A DNA stretch of 64,000 nucleotides from a virus. Under the pieces are notes generated by a model. It did not search any database. It saw nothing but the letters and a program-made list of their open reading frames with translations, and was not told the origin of the DNA. The position numbers and the translations under genes were made by a program. The stretch covers positions 1 through 64,000 of IMG/VR virus record IMGVR_UViG_3300028392_000036; one strand, written 5' to 3'. Shown here piece by piece: positions 38,657 to 48,116 of this stretch (position 1 is the stretch's first letter; each line of letters opens with the position of its first letter).

Positions 38657-39097
38657 ATGGCAACATTTACAAAAATAAACGGTACTACCCAACCAGTATT
38701 TGCACTGGACGTAGCAAATGGTTCTATCGCTGGTACAGCAAACGTCGCGGCCCAAGGCCCAGTGATGTTGTCTGGCCCAAAGCTAGACTTCTTCTCATTG
38801 ACAGCAAACACAGCATTGACAAGTGCAGGTAACGTTAACGGTTACTTGAACAACGTGTTCCAAGCTATCCAATCTGGTGCTGGCATTGTTGGCGGCGGTG
38901 CAGGCGGAACAATTGCGTTCTACCAAGCAGGCCCAACAGCAGGTTTAATCAGTCTTGCTATCTACCCAAGTGGTGCTTACACAACAGCAACATTGGTAGC
39001 GGCTGCTCAAACAGCCAACGCAACTGGTGGTTTGAACATCGGCATCCCAACTGGTAACGTTTCTAACGTGGCCACATTCACTGGCTTGCAGACTTAA
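38657..39097 (+). CDS. Abundant virion structural protein (decoration-like)
   Basis: A/G/T-rich; own TAAATA (38609), strong AAGGA RBS, highly biased codons and a terminator. Confidence 0.6.
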   Translation: MATFTKINGTTQPVFALDVANGSIAGTANVAAQGPVMLSGPKLDFFSLTANTALTSAGNVNGYLNNVFQAIQSGAGIVGGGAGGTIAFYQAGPTAGLISLAIYPSGAYTTATLVAAAQTANATGGLNIGIPTGNVSNVATFTGLQT

Positions 39098-39117
39098 TAA
39101 CTAATTTTTAGTTAATG

Positions 39118-39151
39118 AACCCTGGACGTAAAAACTCCAGGGTTTCTTTTT
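39118..39151 (+). terminator. Rho-independent terminator
   Basis: AACCCTGGA..TCCAGGGTT-TCTTTTT. Confidence 0.85.
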
Positions 39152-39170
39152 GGCATTAAATACTCATAGA

Positions 39171-39602
39171 ATGAAAATCGTATGCCGTACTCTTTTTGAT
39201 TGTAGTCTCACTGGCGTGACCGGCCATTTCAGGCCAAGCGAAATTCCTTTTGTGGATCGTGCTGGTCAACAGGTGCGTAGTCAACACGATTGGAATCATT
39301 CACGCAATCAACAACGCAATTGGGAAACACTACTACAGATCATAAGTCTGCGTACACAGCCTGCTGACCTTACGGTACCTGTACATCGAGACGGAGTATG
39401 GGAATTTGAATTCAAGAGCGAAAGTGAAGGTGTATTTGAGATGTACGGAGATCCTGATCCACTAGCAGGACTCCGAGTTGATTGCGAAGGTGTGCCAATG
39501 ATGTTGAATCTCACTGAACAACCAAGTCTAGCACCAACTATTACTACCAATGGCAAAGGCCAAAACATTTGGTTCATTGCGGTAAATAATGCATTGGAGT
39601 AA
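39171..39602 (+). CDS. Hypothetical protein
   Basis: TGVTG, RNQQRNWETL.Q..SLR, W.FEF. Confidence 0.7.
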   Translation: MKIVCRTLFDCSLTGVTGHFRPSEIPFVDRAGQQVRSQHDWNHSRNQQRNWETLLQIISLRTQPADLTVPVHRDGVWEFEFKSESEGVFEMYGDPDPLAGLRVDCEGVPMMLNLTEQPSLAPTITTNGKGQNIWFIAVNNALE

Positions 39603-39604
39603 TC

Positions 39605-39868
39605 ATGGTTGACACAACTGATATCGAAAAGAAAAGTCTCGAAGCCCACGTTGAATTATGTGCTCAACGTTATACTGCCTTAGAACAACGCATCGATGAT
39701 GTCAAGCAAGACACAGCAGAATTAAAGTCTACTATACAAGAAGTGCATAGATTGGTACATAAAATGAGTGACAATCGTAACACACAGTTGATTGGTTGGG
39801 GAGTAGGAATCATTGGATTCTTGACAGCCGTCATAGGATACTTGGTCACTCACTACGTACTAAAATGA
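39605..39868 (+). CDS. Coiled-coil plus C-terminal TM protein (XhlA/holin-like)
   Basis: LEAHVELCAQRY coiled coil, single C-terminal TM helix. Confidence 0.55.
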   Translation: MVDTTDIEKKSLEAHVELCAQRYTALEQRIDDVKQDTAELKSTIQEVHRLVHKMSDNRNTQLIGWGVGIIGFLTAVIGYLVTHYVLK

Positions 39869-40350
39869 CACGAGACCAGAAATTAGAACAATGGGCCGAA
39901 CGTGAGCTCAAACGCAACATCGATTCTATTATCATAGACAATGGTGCAGGCGGTATCGTGGTTTTTGGCAAATATTGTATTGAATCTATTGACAATAGAT
40001 TTAGTGTTAGTACTTGGGATAGAGAAATACACAGTTTTAGCAGTAAAAAAACAGCCATGAGTTGGTGCACTGCTGATCACCAACAACAGTACAATTTAAG
40101 TAATTTGATACTGGTGTTGGACCGTAAAAAACAGGCATTAGCCGCAGATATATACTGTCGTAAGACAGTGGGCGAACGTGGACGCCATGAGAATTTTTAT
40201 GAAATCATAAACATGAAAATTCAACCCAAAATAGACCTATATAATTCTGTAAATGCAGAATTAGAAAATTGTGTAAATCGGGCTAAATATCTACAGATTA
40301 GAGGATTCAATAATGAAACTGCAAGAACTAGCGGCTCCCAAGCCAAGTAA
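39865..40350 (+). CDS. Hypothetical protein
   Basis: ATGA overlap with the upstream gene. Confidence 0.65.
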   Translation: MTRDQKLEQWAERELKRNIDSIIIDNGAGGIVVFGKYCIESIDNRFSVSTWDREIHSFSSKKTAMSWCTADHQQQYNLSNLILVLDRKKQALAADIYCRKTVGERGRHENFYEIINMKIQPKIDLYNSVNAELENCVNRAKYLQIRGFNNETARTSGSQAK

Positions 40351-41272
40351 ACAAATCGCCAAAGTATTCGAAAGTTACTTTGGTTCACGTATCCGTTTTG
40401 ACCAATTAAACCGTGGCCAAACTCGTGTGATGTTGGGCAAAGTACAAGGTGTATTAAAAGAACACCGTGGCACAACAGCTCGTCACCGCAGTGAAACAAA
40501 TCCCAAATATTTGCAACTGGTAATGATGGAACAGGCATTGAGTGCTAGACTACAAGAAATGCAAACCACACTTCCACCAAGTGGCGGAGTCGGTGCTCCT
40601 GCTGGTACCCCTGCACAACCCGGTGCCATTGGTGCCGCCACTCAGCCAGGTGCCGCACCTGCTGCCGGTGCAAAGCCACCACAAGATCCTAAATTGGCAG
40701 CCGCGTTAAAGAAATCTACTGCCGGTCAAGCACTGACCCCAGAAGAACAAAAATTAATAGCTGGTGCCGCAATGATGCAAGCCGAAAGCCGACTACGTCG
40801 TGCAATGAAACGCCTTAACGAATCAGAAGTACAACAGGCTCAAGTTGTGTTGGCCGCTCAAGACATGGTTGACAAAATGCAAGGCATGTTGGAAGATGTT
40901 TCAGAATTGCAATTTAAAGAATTGCCAGCTCTGGTCGACTCGATCAAGAACCAAGTTGGCATTGATCAAGCCACACAATTTAATACAGATGCCACTGCCG
41001 CCTTGACTGGCCTGATACAAAATCTGGGAGGTGCCAAGCAACAACTTGATGCCGCTCTAGGTGTTGTAACTGGCCAAGCTCCGTCAGGTGCCGCGGCCGC
41101 TGGTGCAATGGGTGCTGACATTGCCGCTGGTGCAGGCGATATGGCCGCTGCCGGTGCCGACATGGGTGCTGACATGGGTGCTGACATGGGTGCAGATGCC
41201 GCACTGGATGCCGCTGCCGCAGAAGCCGGTGCTGAACCTCCTGCTGCCGCATTAGGCCGCGCCAAGAGATAA
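40313..41272 (+). CDS. Putative prohead core/scaffold-like protein
   Basis: MKLQEL leader; helical domains separated by P/A/G linkers; RLQE, QAES, RLNES sites. Confidence 0.5.
   Translation: MKLQELAAPKPSKQIAKVFESYFGSRIRFDQLNRGQTRVMLGKVQGVLKEHRGTTARHRSETNPKYLQLVMMEQALSARLQEMQTTLPPSGGVGAPAGTPAQPGAIGAATQPGAAPAAGAKPPQDPKLAAALKKSTAGQALTPEEQKLIAGAAMMQAESRLRRAMKRLNESEVQQAQVVLAAQDMVDKMQGMLEDVSELQFKELPALVDSIKNQVGIDQATQFNTDATAALTGLIQNLGGAKQQLDAALGVVTGQAPSGAAAAGAMGADIAAGAGDMAAAGADMGADMGADMGADAALDAAAAEAGAEPPAAALGRAKR
41153..41197 (+). repeat. 12-bp tandem repeat (GGTGCNGACATG, encoding GADM)
   Basis: About 3.7 copies in frame. Confidence 0.85.
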
Positions 41273-41634
41273 TGAAAATTTTTGAAGTTGACAGTAGCAT
41301 GGGAATGGCGCCGCCGCCTAACCCAGCACAACTGTCAGGATTGGTACAGTTTCTTAATGGTCGTGCTAATGATACCAATGCCAAAAAAGAAATCAGCCAG
41401 GATGCGTTTATCAAACTGGCCAATGATTTGGACATCAATGTTACTCCCCAAAATCTAGCCGATATTGTGAGTCAAGAACCACTCAGCAACCTGTTGGAAC
41501 CAATGGATCCAAATACAAAAATTTTAGCATTCAAGGGCGCTGGTACCCCAGATGTTGCCATGCCCGTAAACAAAGCACAAGACATTGTGGCTTCGGCAGC
41601 CAAATCGGCAATGAACAAAGACCGCGGCGTCTAA
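41272..41634 (+). CDS. Hypothetical (putative head-associated) protein
   Basis: MKIFEV leader; translationally coupled. Confidence 0.6.
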   Translation: MKIFEVDSSMGMAPPPNPAQLSGLVQFLNGRANDTNAKKEISQDAFIKLANDLDINVTPQNLADIVSQEPLSNLLEPMDPNTKILAFKGAGTPDVAMPVNKAQDIVASAAKSAMNKDRGV

Positions 41635-41654
41635 CCAAATTAGTCAACCAAAGG

Positions 41655-41683
41655 TTGACATAAAACGTTAAATATAGTATACT
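41655..41683 (+). promoter_or_regulatory. sigma70 promoter for the isc/radical SAM/exonuclease unit
   Basis: TTGACA-N17-TATACT, TAAATA inside the spacer, AGGAGG RBS. Confidence 0.8.
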
Positions 41684-41702
41684 ACCACAATAGGAGGTCT
41701 GT

Positions 41703-42023
41703 ATGAAACAACTCATCGCTTTGTTCTTTTTAACTGTGTCTGTGTCAGCAATGGCACAACCAGGATTCAGATACTATCATCATCATCACGGATACTATCC
41801 AGGACCCAATTACGGCTGGGCGGCTCCTACCATCATCGGTGGTGTAATTGGTTATGAAATCGCTCGCAACCAACAGCCAGTGATCGTACAACAACCGGTA
41901 ATAGTTCAACCTACCACTGTACCTCCCACAGTTTACTATGGTCAGACACAAACATGTTCTGAATGGATAGAAGTACAACAACCAGATGGAACCATCAATA
42001 GAACAAGGACTTGCAGACAATGA
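41703..42023 (+). CDS. Exported glycine-zipper/Pro-Gln-rich small protein
   Basis: Signal peptide, HHHH, IIGGVIG, QPVIVQ repeats, terminal Cys pair. Confidence 0.7.
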   Translation: MKQLIALFFLTVSVSAMAQPGFRYYHHHHGYYPGPNYGWAAPTIIGGVIGYEIARNQQPVIVQQPVIVQPTTVPPTVYYGQTQTCSEWIEVQQPDGTINRTRTCRQ

Positions 42024-42151
42024 AACTACGACAGTTAAGACAAAAATTATACAGTGCTATCTTTGCACACGATAGCAAAAAAGAAAAGAAAGTTTGGTTC
42101 AAGATCCTTAAAAAATCTACCAAACACAAACACACTGAGGATATACGATAA
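42020..42151 (+). CDS. Putative 43-aa basic protein
   Basis: MKLRQLRQKLYSAIFAHDSKKEKKVW...; coupled on both sides. Confidence 0.5.
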   Translation: MKLRQLRQKLYSAIFAHDSKKEKKVWFKILKKSTKHKHTEDIR

Positions 42152-42531
42152 TGGCCTATTCAGAAAAAGTAATCGATCATTATGAAAATCCCCGAAATGT
42201 GGGCAGTTTTAGCACTACTGACGATACCGTTGGCACTGGTATGGTTGGTGCACCTGCTTGCGGAGATGTTATGAAGTTACAGATAAAAGTAACAGATGGA
42301 ATTATTACAGATGCAAAATTCAAAACATACGGGTGCGGTTCCGCCATCGCGAGCTCAAGTCTCGTTACAGAATGGGTCAAAGGTCGAACACTTGAGGAAG
42401 CAGGATCCATACGAAATAGCGAAATTGCTGAAGAGCTTGCTCTCCCCCCAGTCAAAATCCACTGCTCCATTCTTGCCGAAGACGCCATCAAAGCCGCGGT
42501 AGAGGACTATCGCAAAAAGCATGTTCAATGA
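42151..42531 (+). CDS. iscU: Fe-S cluster scaffold IscU
   Basis: MAYSEKVIDHYENPRNVG, APACGDVM, GCGSAIAS, LPPVKIHCS. Confidence 0.97.
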   Translation: MAYSEKVIDHYENPRNVGSFSTTDDTVGTGMVGAPACGDVMKLQIKVTDGIITDAKFKTYGCGSAIASSSLVTEWVKGRTLEEAGSIRNSEIAEELALPPVKIHCSILAEDAIKAAVEDYRKKHVQ

Positions 42532-43586
42532 ATCTGTCAGATATTCAGACTTTAACGTTTGAACCTTCTTCCTACTGCAATGCACAGTGTCCGCATTGCC
42601 CTAGATTTAACATAACCAATCATGATGTTTTTGAATCCACAGGAATCCTACATCCTAATTTAAAACTTTTAAATTTAGATTTTTCAACGATAATACCAAA
42701 TTTGCAACTTGACCAAATGACCTCGTTGACAAAGATCATAATTGAAGGTGACAAAGGGGATCCATTAATGAATCCCGACATAGATATTCTATTAGACGCA
42801 TTTGCATCAATGAAAGTTGCGCCAACTGTGGTGCTTACCACCAATGGTAGTATTCGTAATGCAAGTTGGTGGCAAAATCTTGCTAAAAAATATCCTTTTT
42901 TAATAGTACAATTTAGTATAGATGGTCTGGCTGATACAAATCATTTGTATCGCCTGGGATTGAACTATAAGACTATTATAAAAAATCTTTCAACATTTAC
43001 TGAATCTGGTGGACGTGCAATTTGGAAAATGATTGTATTCAAACATAATCAACATCAGACAAAGGAAGTTGAGAATCAATCCAGACAACTGGGTTGTGAA
43101 AAAATTGTTTATATAAGATGTCAGATCGAGAGATTTAAAGGATTGGCGCAATGGCCAGTTATATATAACAATCAAACTCATTATATCTCCCCACCTGATA
43201 TTAATATTCCGTCGTCAGTGACATTTAAAAATACACCAAGTAAAACAATAAAAATCAATAAAGTATTAGATAAAAATTGCCCCTGGGGCAAAAATGGCCA
43301 TGTATATATTGGGTATCAAGGGCATGTGCTACCTTGTTGTATGATGCATTTTGATACTGAATTAAATTACGTAGGACAAACTTATTTAGAAAATTTATCT
43401 CAGGGTTTTGACAATCAGAATTTGCTATTAAATAGCATGGAAAAAATATTAAATAATCCATTGTTCAATGGTTCACTGGAGCAAAGTCTCCAACTTGGAA
43501 AATGGCATAGCACCTGTGTTCAGAATTGTAAACAACAAATTCTAACAAATATTTCAAATCGTAAATCCTATGATATCGTTCACTGA
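42528..43586 (+). CDS. Radical SAM protein with SPASM/twitch
   Basis: CNAQCPHC, GDKGDP, TTNGS, SIDG, GHVLPCC; paralog of the ORF at 33723; AT-rich. Confidence 0.9.
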   Translation: MNLSDIQTLTFEPSSYCNAQCPHCPRFNITNHDVFESTGILHPNLKLLNLDFSTIIPNLQLDQMTSLTKIIIEGDKGDPLMNPDIDILLDAFASMKVAPTVVLTTNGSIRNASWWQNLAKKYPFLIVQFSIDGLADTNHLYRLGLNYKTIIKNLSTFTESGGRAIWKMIVFKHNQHQTKEVENQSRQLGCEKIVYIRCQIERFKGLAQWPVIYNNQTHYISPPDINIPSSVTFKNTPSKTIKINKVLDKNCPWGKNGHVYIGYQGHVLPCCMMHFDTELNYVGQTYLENLSQGFDNQNLLLNSMEKILNNPLFNGSLEQSLQLGKWHSTCVQNCKQQILTNISNRKSYDIVH

Positions 43587-43893
43587 CGCGGCTCGAACAA
43601 AAATACAAAAATTAGTCACAGCCAAAAACTATGCTGGTATTCGTCTTGGCGTAAAAACTACCGGTTGCTCGGGACTTGCTTATGTGTTAGAATACGTTAA
43701 AGAATACAAGTCTGAACCGTATGTTACCAACTATGCACAAAATGATTTTGTAGTACTAGTAAATCATAAAGACGACATCTATCTTAAAAATATGACAGTA
43801 GACTATGTGCGTCAAGGACTAAACGAAGGTTTTGAATTTAGCAATCCTAATGAACGTGACCGATGTGGTTGCGGAGAATCATTTAGAGTATGA
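43570..43893 (+). CDS. iscA: Fe-S assembly A-type carrier IscA
   Basis: TTGCSGLAY, F.NPN, CGCGESF. Confidence 0.95.
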   Translation: MISFTDAARTKIQKLVTAKNYAGIRLGVKTTGCSGLAYVLEYVKEYKSEPYVTNYAQNDFVVLVNHKDDIYLKNMTVDYVRQGLNEGFEFSNPNERDRCGCGESFRV

Positions 43894-45170
43894 CCACCCA
43901 AACAATAGAATGGATTAAAAATAATCCTGCATTCTGCACGGCACCTTACGCTGTTTATGATTTTAGATATTATAATGATAAATGTAAAATAACAACCTGC
44001 TGTAACTTAGACTTATCCAGCACCAACAATACTTTGGATCTTGATTTTATAGAAAAGGTCAAGCAAGATATGGCACAGGATGTGGTACCCAACTCTTGTT
44101 GGAGGTGTACATCAGAAGAACAAAACCAAGCGCAAAGTGAGCGTGTGAAATATTTAATAGGACACACGGTTGCTGACTTAGAACAGTTTAAGCAAAATAA
44201 AAAAACAAATGAATTTCAAATTGGTATGAAATTCAGCAACCTATGTAATCTGGCTTGCCGTAGTTGTAATGAAACTGACAGCAGTTTATGGTCAAAGTTA
44301 ATGACTCGTCCCACCAGTCCGGAATATGAAATTGATATTTCGTCTGACGAGATTCTTTGGGACACAATAACTCGTATGATTCGGGCCAAGCATTCAGAAA
44401 CTGACAATTTTATTGTACACCCAATTGGTGGTGAAACAATGATTCAGCCAGGGTTTGCAAAATTAGTTGATTGGCTTATTACAGAAAATCTAGCCAGCAC
44501 AACCACTTTACGTATTACTACTAGTTTGGTTCCTAACATTGCTGACAAGTTTTTGGAAAAGTTTACGTTATTTCAACGTGTACAATTTTTGTCAAGCATA
44601 GATAGCGTGGGTGAAAATTATCATTATGTTCGCTGGCCGGCCCGATTTAACAAAATACAAGATAACCTAAAAACATTCAAAACTTTATCGTCGCAATACC
44701 CTAACAAATTTTCGCTAAGTGTTAGTCCAGTATTTTCATTAAACAATATCTTTTACGCTGTGGACTTCTTGGACTGGTGGGAAAACTGGGCAGATCAAAC
44801 ACAAACTGATTTATGGTTATCTAATATACATTTGTATAATCCAGAAATGTTAATGGTAGAAAGTTTACCATTTGAATACCGCCTGCAATTAACGGTATTG
44901 TTAGACCAGTGTGTTGATCACAATGTTTTTAAAAAATATAAACAAACTGATGTGCTCAGGGGATATTTTTCTGCCATGCAAGCCACAACACAAAACAACC
45001 CAACAGATACACAAACATTGTTCACACAGTATTTAGAATTCACTGCCGACTACGACAACCGTACAAATACCAACAGTTATCAATTAAATTCAAAACTATT
45101 TGACTTACTATCTAGCACACACCAAAATATATACAACTCTCACTTGAAATATGTACAATCCAAAATTTGA
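43890..45170 (+). CDS. Radical SAM protein with N-terminal twitch-like domain
   Basis: CTAPY..TCC..CWRC; CNLACRSC; GGE; SIDS..YVRWP; paralog of the ORF at 4652. Confidence 0.88.
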   Translation: MTTQTIEWIKNNPAFCTAPYAVYDFRYYNDKCKITTCCNLDLSSTNNTLDLDFIEKVKQDMAQDVVPNSCWRCTSEEQNQAQSERVKYLIGHTVADLEQFKQNKKTNEFQIGMKFSNLCNLACRSCNETDSSLWSKLMTRPTSPEYEIDISSDEILWDTITRMIRAKHSETDNFIVHPIGGETMIQPGFAKLVDWLITENLASTTTLRITTSLVPNIADKFLEKFTLFQRVQFLSSIDSVGENYHYVRWPARFNKIQDNLKTFKTLSSQYPNKFSLSVSPVFSLNNIFYAVDFLDWWENWADQTQTDLWLSNIHLYNPEMLMVESLPFEYRLQLTVLLDQCVDHNVFKKYKQTDVLRGYFSAMQATTQNNPTDTQTLFTQYLEFTADYDNRTNTNSYQLNSKLFDLLSSTHQNIYNSHLKYVQSKI

Positions 45171-45867
45171 TTATCAACCAATTCCTCGCGTGACCATAGA
45201 GGGCAAGCGTTACTACGCCACCCCAGATGGCAACAACTTACCTAGTGTGACCACGATCCTTGACAAGACCAAACCACCAGAAAAAGTTGAAGCACTGAAT
45301 CAATGGCGTCGTCGTGTGGGCGCAGAAAAAGCACAACAGATCACCACTGAAGCCGCCAATCGCGGCACACGTATGCACACCTATCTTGAACACTATGTCA
45401 AAACAGGCGAACGAAAAGAACGTGGATCAAATCCCTTCTCTTGGCCCAGTCACGCAATGGCGGATGTGGTAATTGATCAAGGACTAAAGAATGTAGGTGA
45501 ATTTTGGGGAATTGAAGTTCCATTGTATTTTCCTAGTGTGTATGCAGGCACAACAGACGGCGCGGGCATACATTTAAATGAAGAAGCCATACTAGACTAC
45601 AAGCAAACCAACCGGCCCAAAAAGCGTGAATGGATTGATGATTACTTTGTACAACTATGTGCCTATGCAGAAGCACATAATGAATTGCACGGTACACGAA
45701 TACGAAAAGGCGTAATTTTGATGTGTGTTAAACCGGACTTAGACGAACAACACAACATCATTGGAAAGCCCCAATACCAGGAATTTGTGCTGGAAGGCCA
45801 AGAATACGACCGTTATCGGGACTTATGGTGGAAAAAGGTCGAACAGTACTACTTGCTAAATATGTAA
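45151..45867 (+). CDS. PD-(D/E)XK exonuclease
   Basis: LPSVTTIL, RGTRMH, YAGTTD, ILDYK, QLCAYA. Confidence 0.88.
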   Translation: MYNPKFDYQPIPRVTIEGKRYYATPDGNNLPSVTTILDKTKPPEKVEALNQWRRRVGAEKAQQITTEAANRGTRMHTYLEHYVKTGERKERGSNPFSWPSHAMADVVIDQGLKNVGEFWGIEVPLYFPSVYAGTTDGAGIHLNEEAILDYKQTNRPKKREWIDDYFVQLCAYAEAHNELHGTRIRKGVILMCVKPDLDEQHNIIGKPQYQEFVLEGQEYDRYRDLWWKKVEQYYLLNM

Positions 45868-45886
45868 TATCGCAAGGACTATTACT

Positions 45887-47689
45887 GTGGCAATTGTACA
45901 AATATCACGAATCACACAACGCAAGGGTTTAGCACAAGACTTACCCTCTCCTTTGGCCGGCGCTGAATTGGGCTGGGCAACAGACACACGCAGACTTTAC
46001 ATTGGCAACGGCACATTACAAGAAGGTGCACCTGTTGTGGGCAACACTGAAGTGTTAACTGAGTTCAGTGATATTCTCAATTATGCTACAGAATACACTT
46101 ATCGGGGAGAAGATTTTGGTTTACTTCCGCCGGTACAAACTGGCACAAGCTCAAGCACCGCTGTAAGTCAGAGTTTGCAGTCCAGACTAGATAGTAATGC
46201 TATAATTACAGATTTTGGCGCCACTGGCGATGGTGTAACTGATGTTACTGCCAATATCAATAATGCATTAAATCAATTGTATTGTCAAAACGCGGCATTG
46301 ACCAGTGTTCGCAGAAGTTTATATTTTCCAGCTGGAACTTATATTATCTCTGACACATTAAACATACCGCCGTATTGTAATCTATACGGCGATGGTCCAG
46401 AAAGTACGATTATATATTTTTATGTGTCAACATGGACCAATACTGTTACCTATGCTGGTGGCGTGTTAGTGAAAAACGGCACCAGCTATTATAGAAGTAC
46501 TGGCGCGGTACCTATTGGCACTGCAATTGGCAATACCACTTATTGGACTCCAGCTACATTGCCAAGTTATATTGCAAGAACTGCCGATAGTATACAACAA
46601 ACTGGAGACAACATCGGAACCAATGGTGCATTACTACCGGGTAGTTTTGAAATAGCTAGAATGAAGTTCACTACCAATCAAATCATGAATGGATTTTATG
46701 TTGAAGCCGCACAAGATTGTGCTTTTCAAAGTGTAAACATTGCTGGCCCAGAGACAACAAGTTCGTTAAATGTGTCCACAAACAATACTGCCTGCGTTCG
46801 TTGGAATTCGACAAACGCTTCTGTTTGTAGTAATATTGAATGGAATCATTGTTCGTTCTCTGGCATGGTATATGGCAGCAACACTGACGAGCAAATTCAA
46901 GGAGCCACAATTAGTAATTGCTCATTTGACACATTGTATCAAGGGATCTACTTAGGCAATGCTGTGGCACCAACTGTGGGCCCAACTGGCTTCCGTATTA
47001 TAGCCAACAACTTTGATAATATCTATGCAGAAGGCATAGTGATAGTGAATGTGGGACTCAATTGTTCAGCATATAATATATTCTATGATGTAGGTAATAG
47101 TTTTAACGGCACAACTAATCCTGCCACTCCAGTGATCGACATGAACGGAATTGATAATGTCAGCGTAGGCGATATGTTCCAACGTTCGAATCCGTACGCC
47201 ACAGCACTCAAGCCGAGAATCAAACTCAATGACCTCAATGGTATTGCACTGGGTATGAATGTCAGTAACTTTGTATTCTGGAAAAATGGGTCGAACCCAG
47301 CAATCAATGCCAATCCTGCAAATGCTTTCAACCAGGCCAATCAATTAGCATTGGGAGTTTATCAGCGTACCTCTGGTATTACCGATGCCTTAACAGACAA
47401 CTCTACCAACATTACTTTGTTTACGTTTGATGCAATTTATATCAAGGCCATAAAGTTTGATTACACCATCGTGCGAGGCACGGCTGTGCGAACAGGAAAC
47501 TACACAGTGGTAGTAGGAACTGACTCGTCCGGTACAGGAATACAAGGTGTAGATGATGGCGTACAAAATTCTGTACCAGGTGTGACTTTTACTCAAAGCG
47601 AATCTGGCAGTGTGGTCACGGTCAAATACACCACTACCTCAACTGGTAGTAACGGAACCATTTATTATTCAGTTACAAAACTAGCCTAA
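45887..47689 (+). CDS. Tail fibre/spike-like protein with beta-helix (pectate lyase-like) region
   Basis: N-term QRKG..L..AELGW.TD.RRLYIGNG; DFGATGDGVTD..LYFPAGTY; Asn/Cys-ladder repeats. Confidence 0.75.
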   Translation: MAIVQISRITQRKGLAQDLPSPLAGAELGWATDTRRLYIGNGTLQEGAPVVGNTEVLTEFSDILNYATEYTYRGEDFGLLPPVQTGTSSSTAVSQSLQSRLDSNAIITDFGATGDGVTDVTANINNALNQLYCQNAALTSVRRSLYFPAGTYIISDTLNIPPYCNLYGDGPESTIIYFYVSTWTNTVTYAGGVLVKNGTSYYRSTGAVPIGTAIGNTTYWTPATLPSYIARTADSIQQTGDNIGTNGALLPGSFEIARMKFTTNQIMNGFYVEAAQDCAFQSVNIAGPETTSSLNVSTNNTACVRWNSTNASVCSNIEWNHCSFSGMVYGSNTDEQIQGATISNCSFDTLYQGIYLGNAVAPTVGPTGFRIIANNFDNIYAEGIVIVNVGLNCSAYNIFYDVGNSFNGTTNPATPVIDMNGIDNVSVGDMFQRSNPYATALKPRIKLNDLNGIALGMNVSNFVFWKNGSNPAINANPANAFNQANQLALGVYQRTSGITDALTDNSTNITLFTFDAIYIKAIKFDYTIVRGTAVRTGNYTVVVGTDSSGTGIQGVDDGVQNSVPGVTFTQSESGSVVTVKYTTTSTGSNGTIYYSVTKLA

Positions 47690-48114
47690 TGTGGCCTCGA
47701 ACTTTTGCCGAAAGGCTTGAGAGTTGGGCACAACTCCGTCAACAAGCCGCCACCGCTGATGTAGAAACAGCACTCCGAGCCATCAATTCATGGTGGTTTC
47801 AAACCCCCTGGCGAGCATATCATTTGCACTGGGACGATCGTGCCAGTTGGCCAGATCCCTGGCAATTATTGAGCGATGATATCTATTGTCCTCTTGCTCG
47901 CGGACTAGGAATCCTGTATACTATAACTATGCTAGATCGTGCAGATCTGCAGGATGCTGTGTTGGCGGAGTTTGGTAGCGACAATTTAGTCCTGGTTGCC
48001 AAAAAGAAATATATACTGAATTGGGATCCAGAGCAGATGTTAAATATCACTTTAGGGCGTTCCAAACCCCAACACAGCATTACGCAAGAGCAAATACAAC
48101 AACAAATTAGGTAA
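47689..48114 (+). CDS. Hypothetical protein (possible transglutaminase-like cysteine fold)
   Basis: WPDPWQLL...YC..ARGLGILYT. Confidence 0.55.
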   Translation: MWPRTFAERLESWAQLRQQAATADVETALRAINSWWFQTPWRAYHLHWDDRASWPDPWQLLSDDIYCPLARGLGILYTITMLDRADLQDAVLAEFGSDNLVLVAKKKYILNWDPEQMLNITLGRSKPQHSITQEQIQQQIR

Positions 48115-48116
48115 CA

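Noticed and set aside
41153-41197. GADM tandem repeat as a contingency locus
   Set aside because: The 12-bp in-frame unit lies in a low-complexity linker, so copy changes would not switch frame.
45151-45867. Cas4 / CRISPR adaptation gene
   Set aside because: PD-(D/E)XK fold without the four-Cys Fe-S pattern; this is an ordinary T4-like exonuclease.
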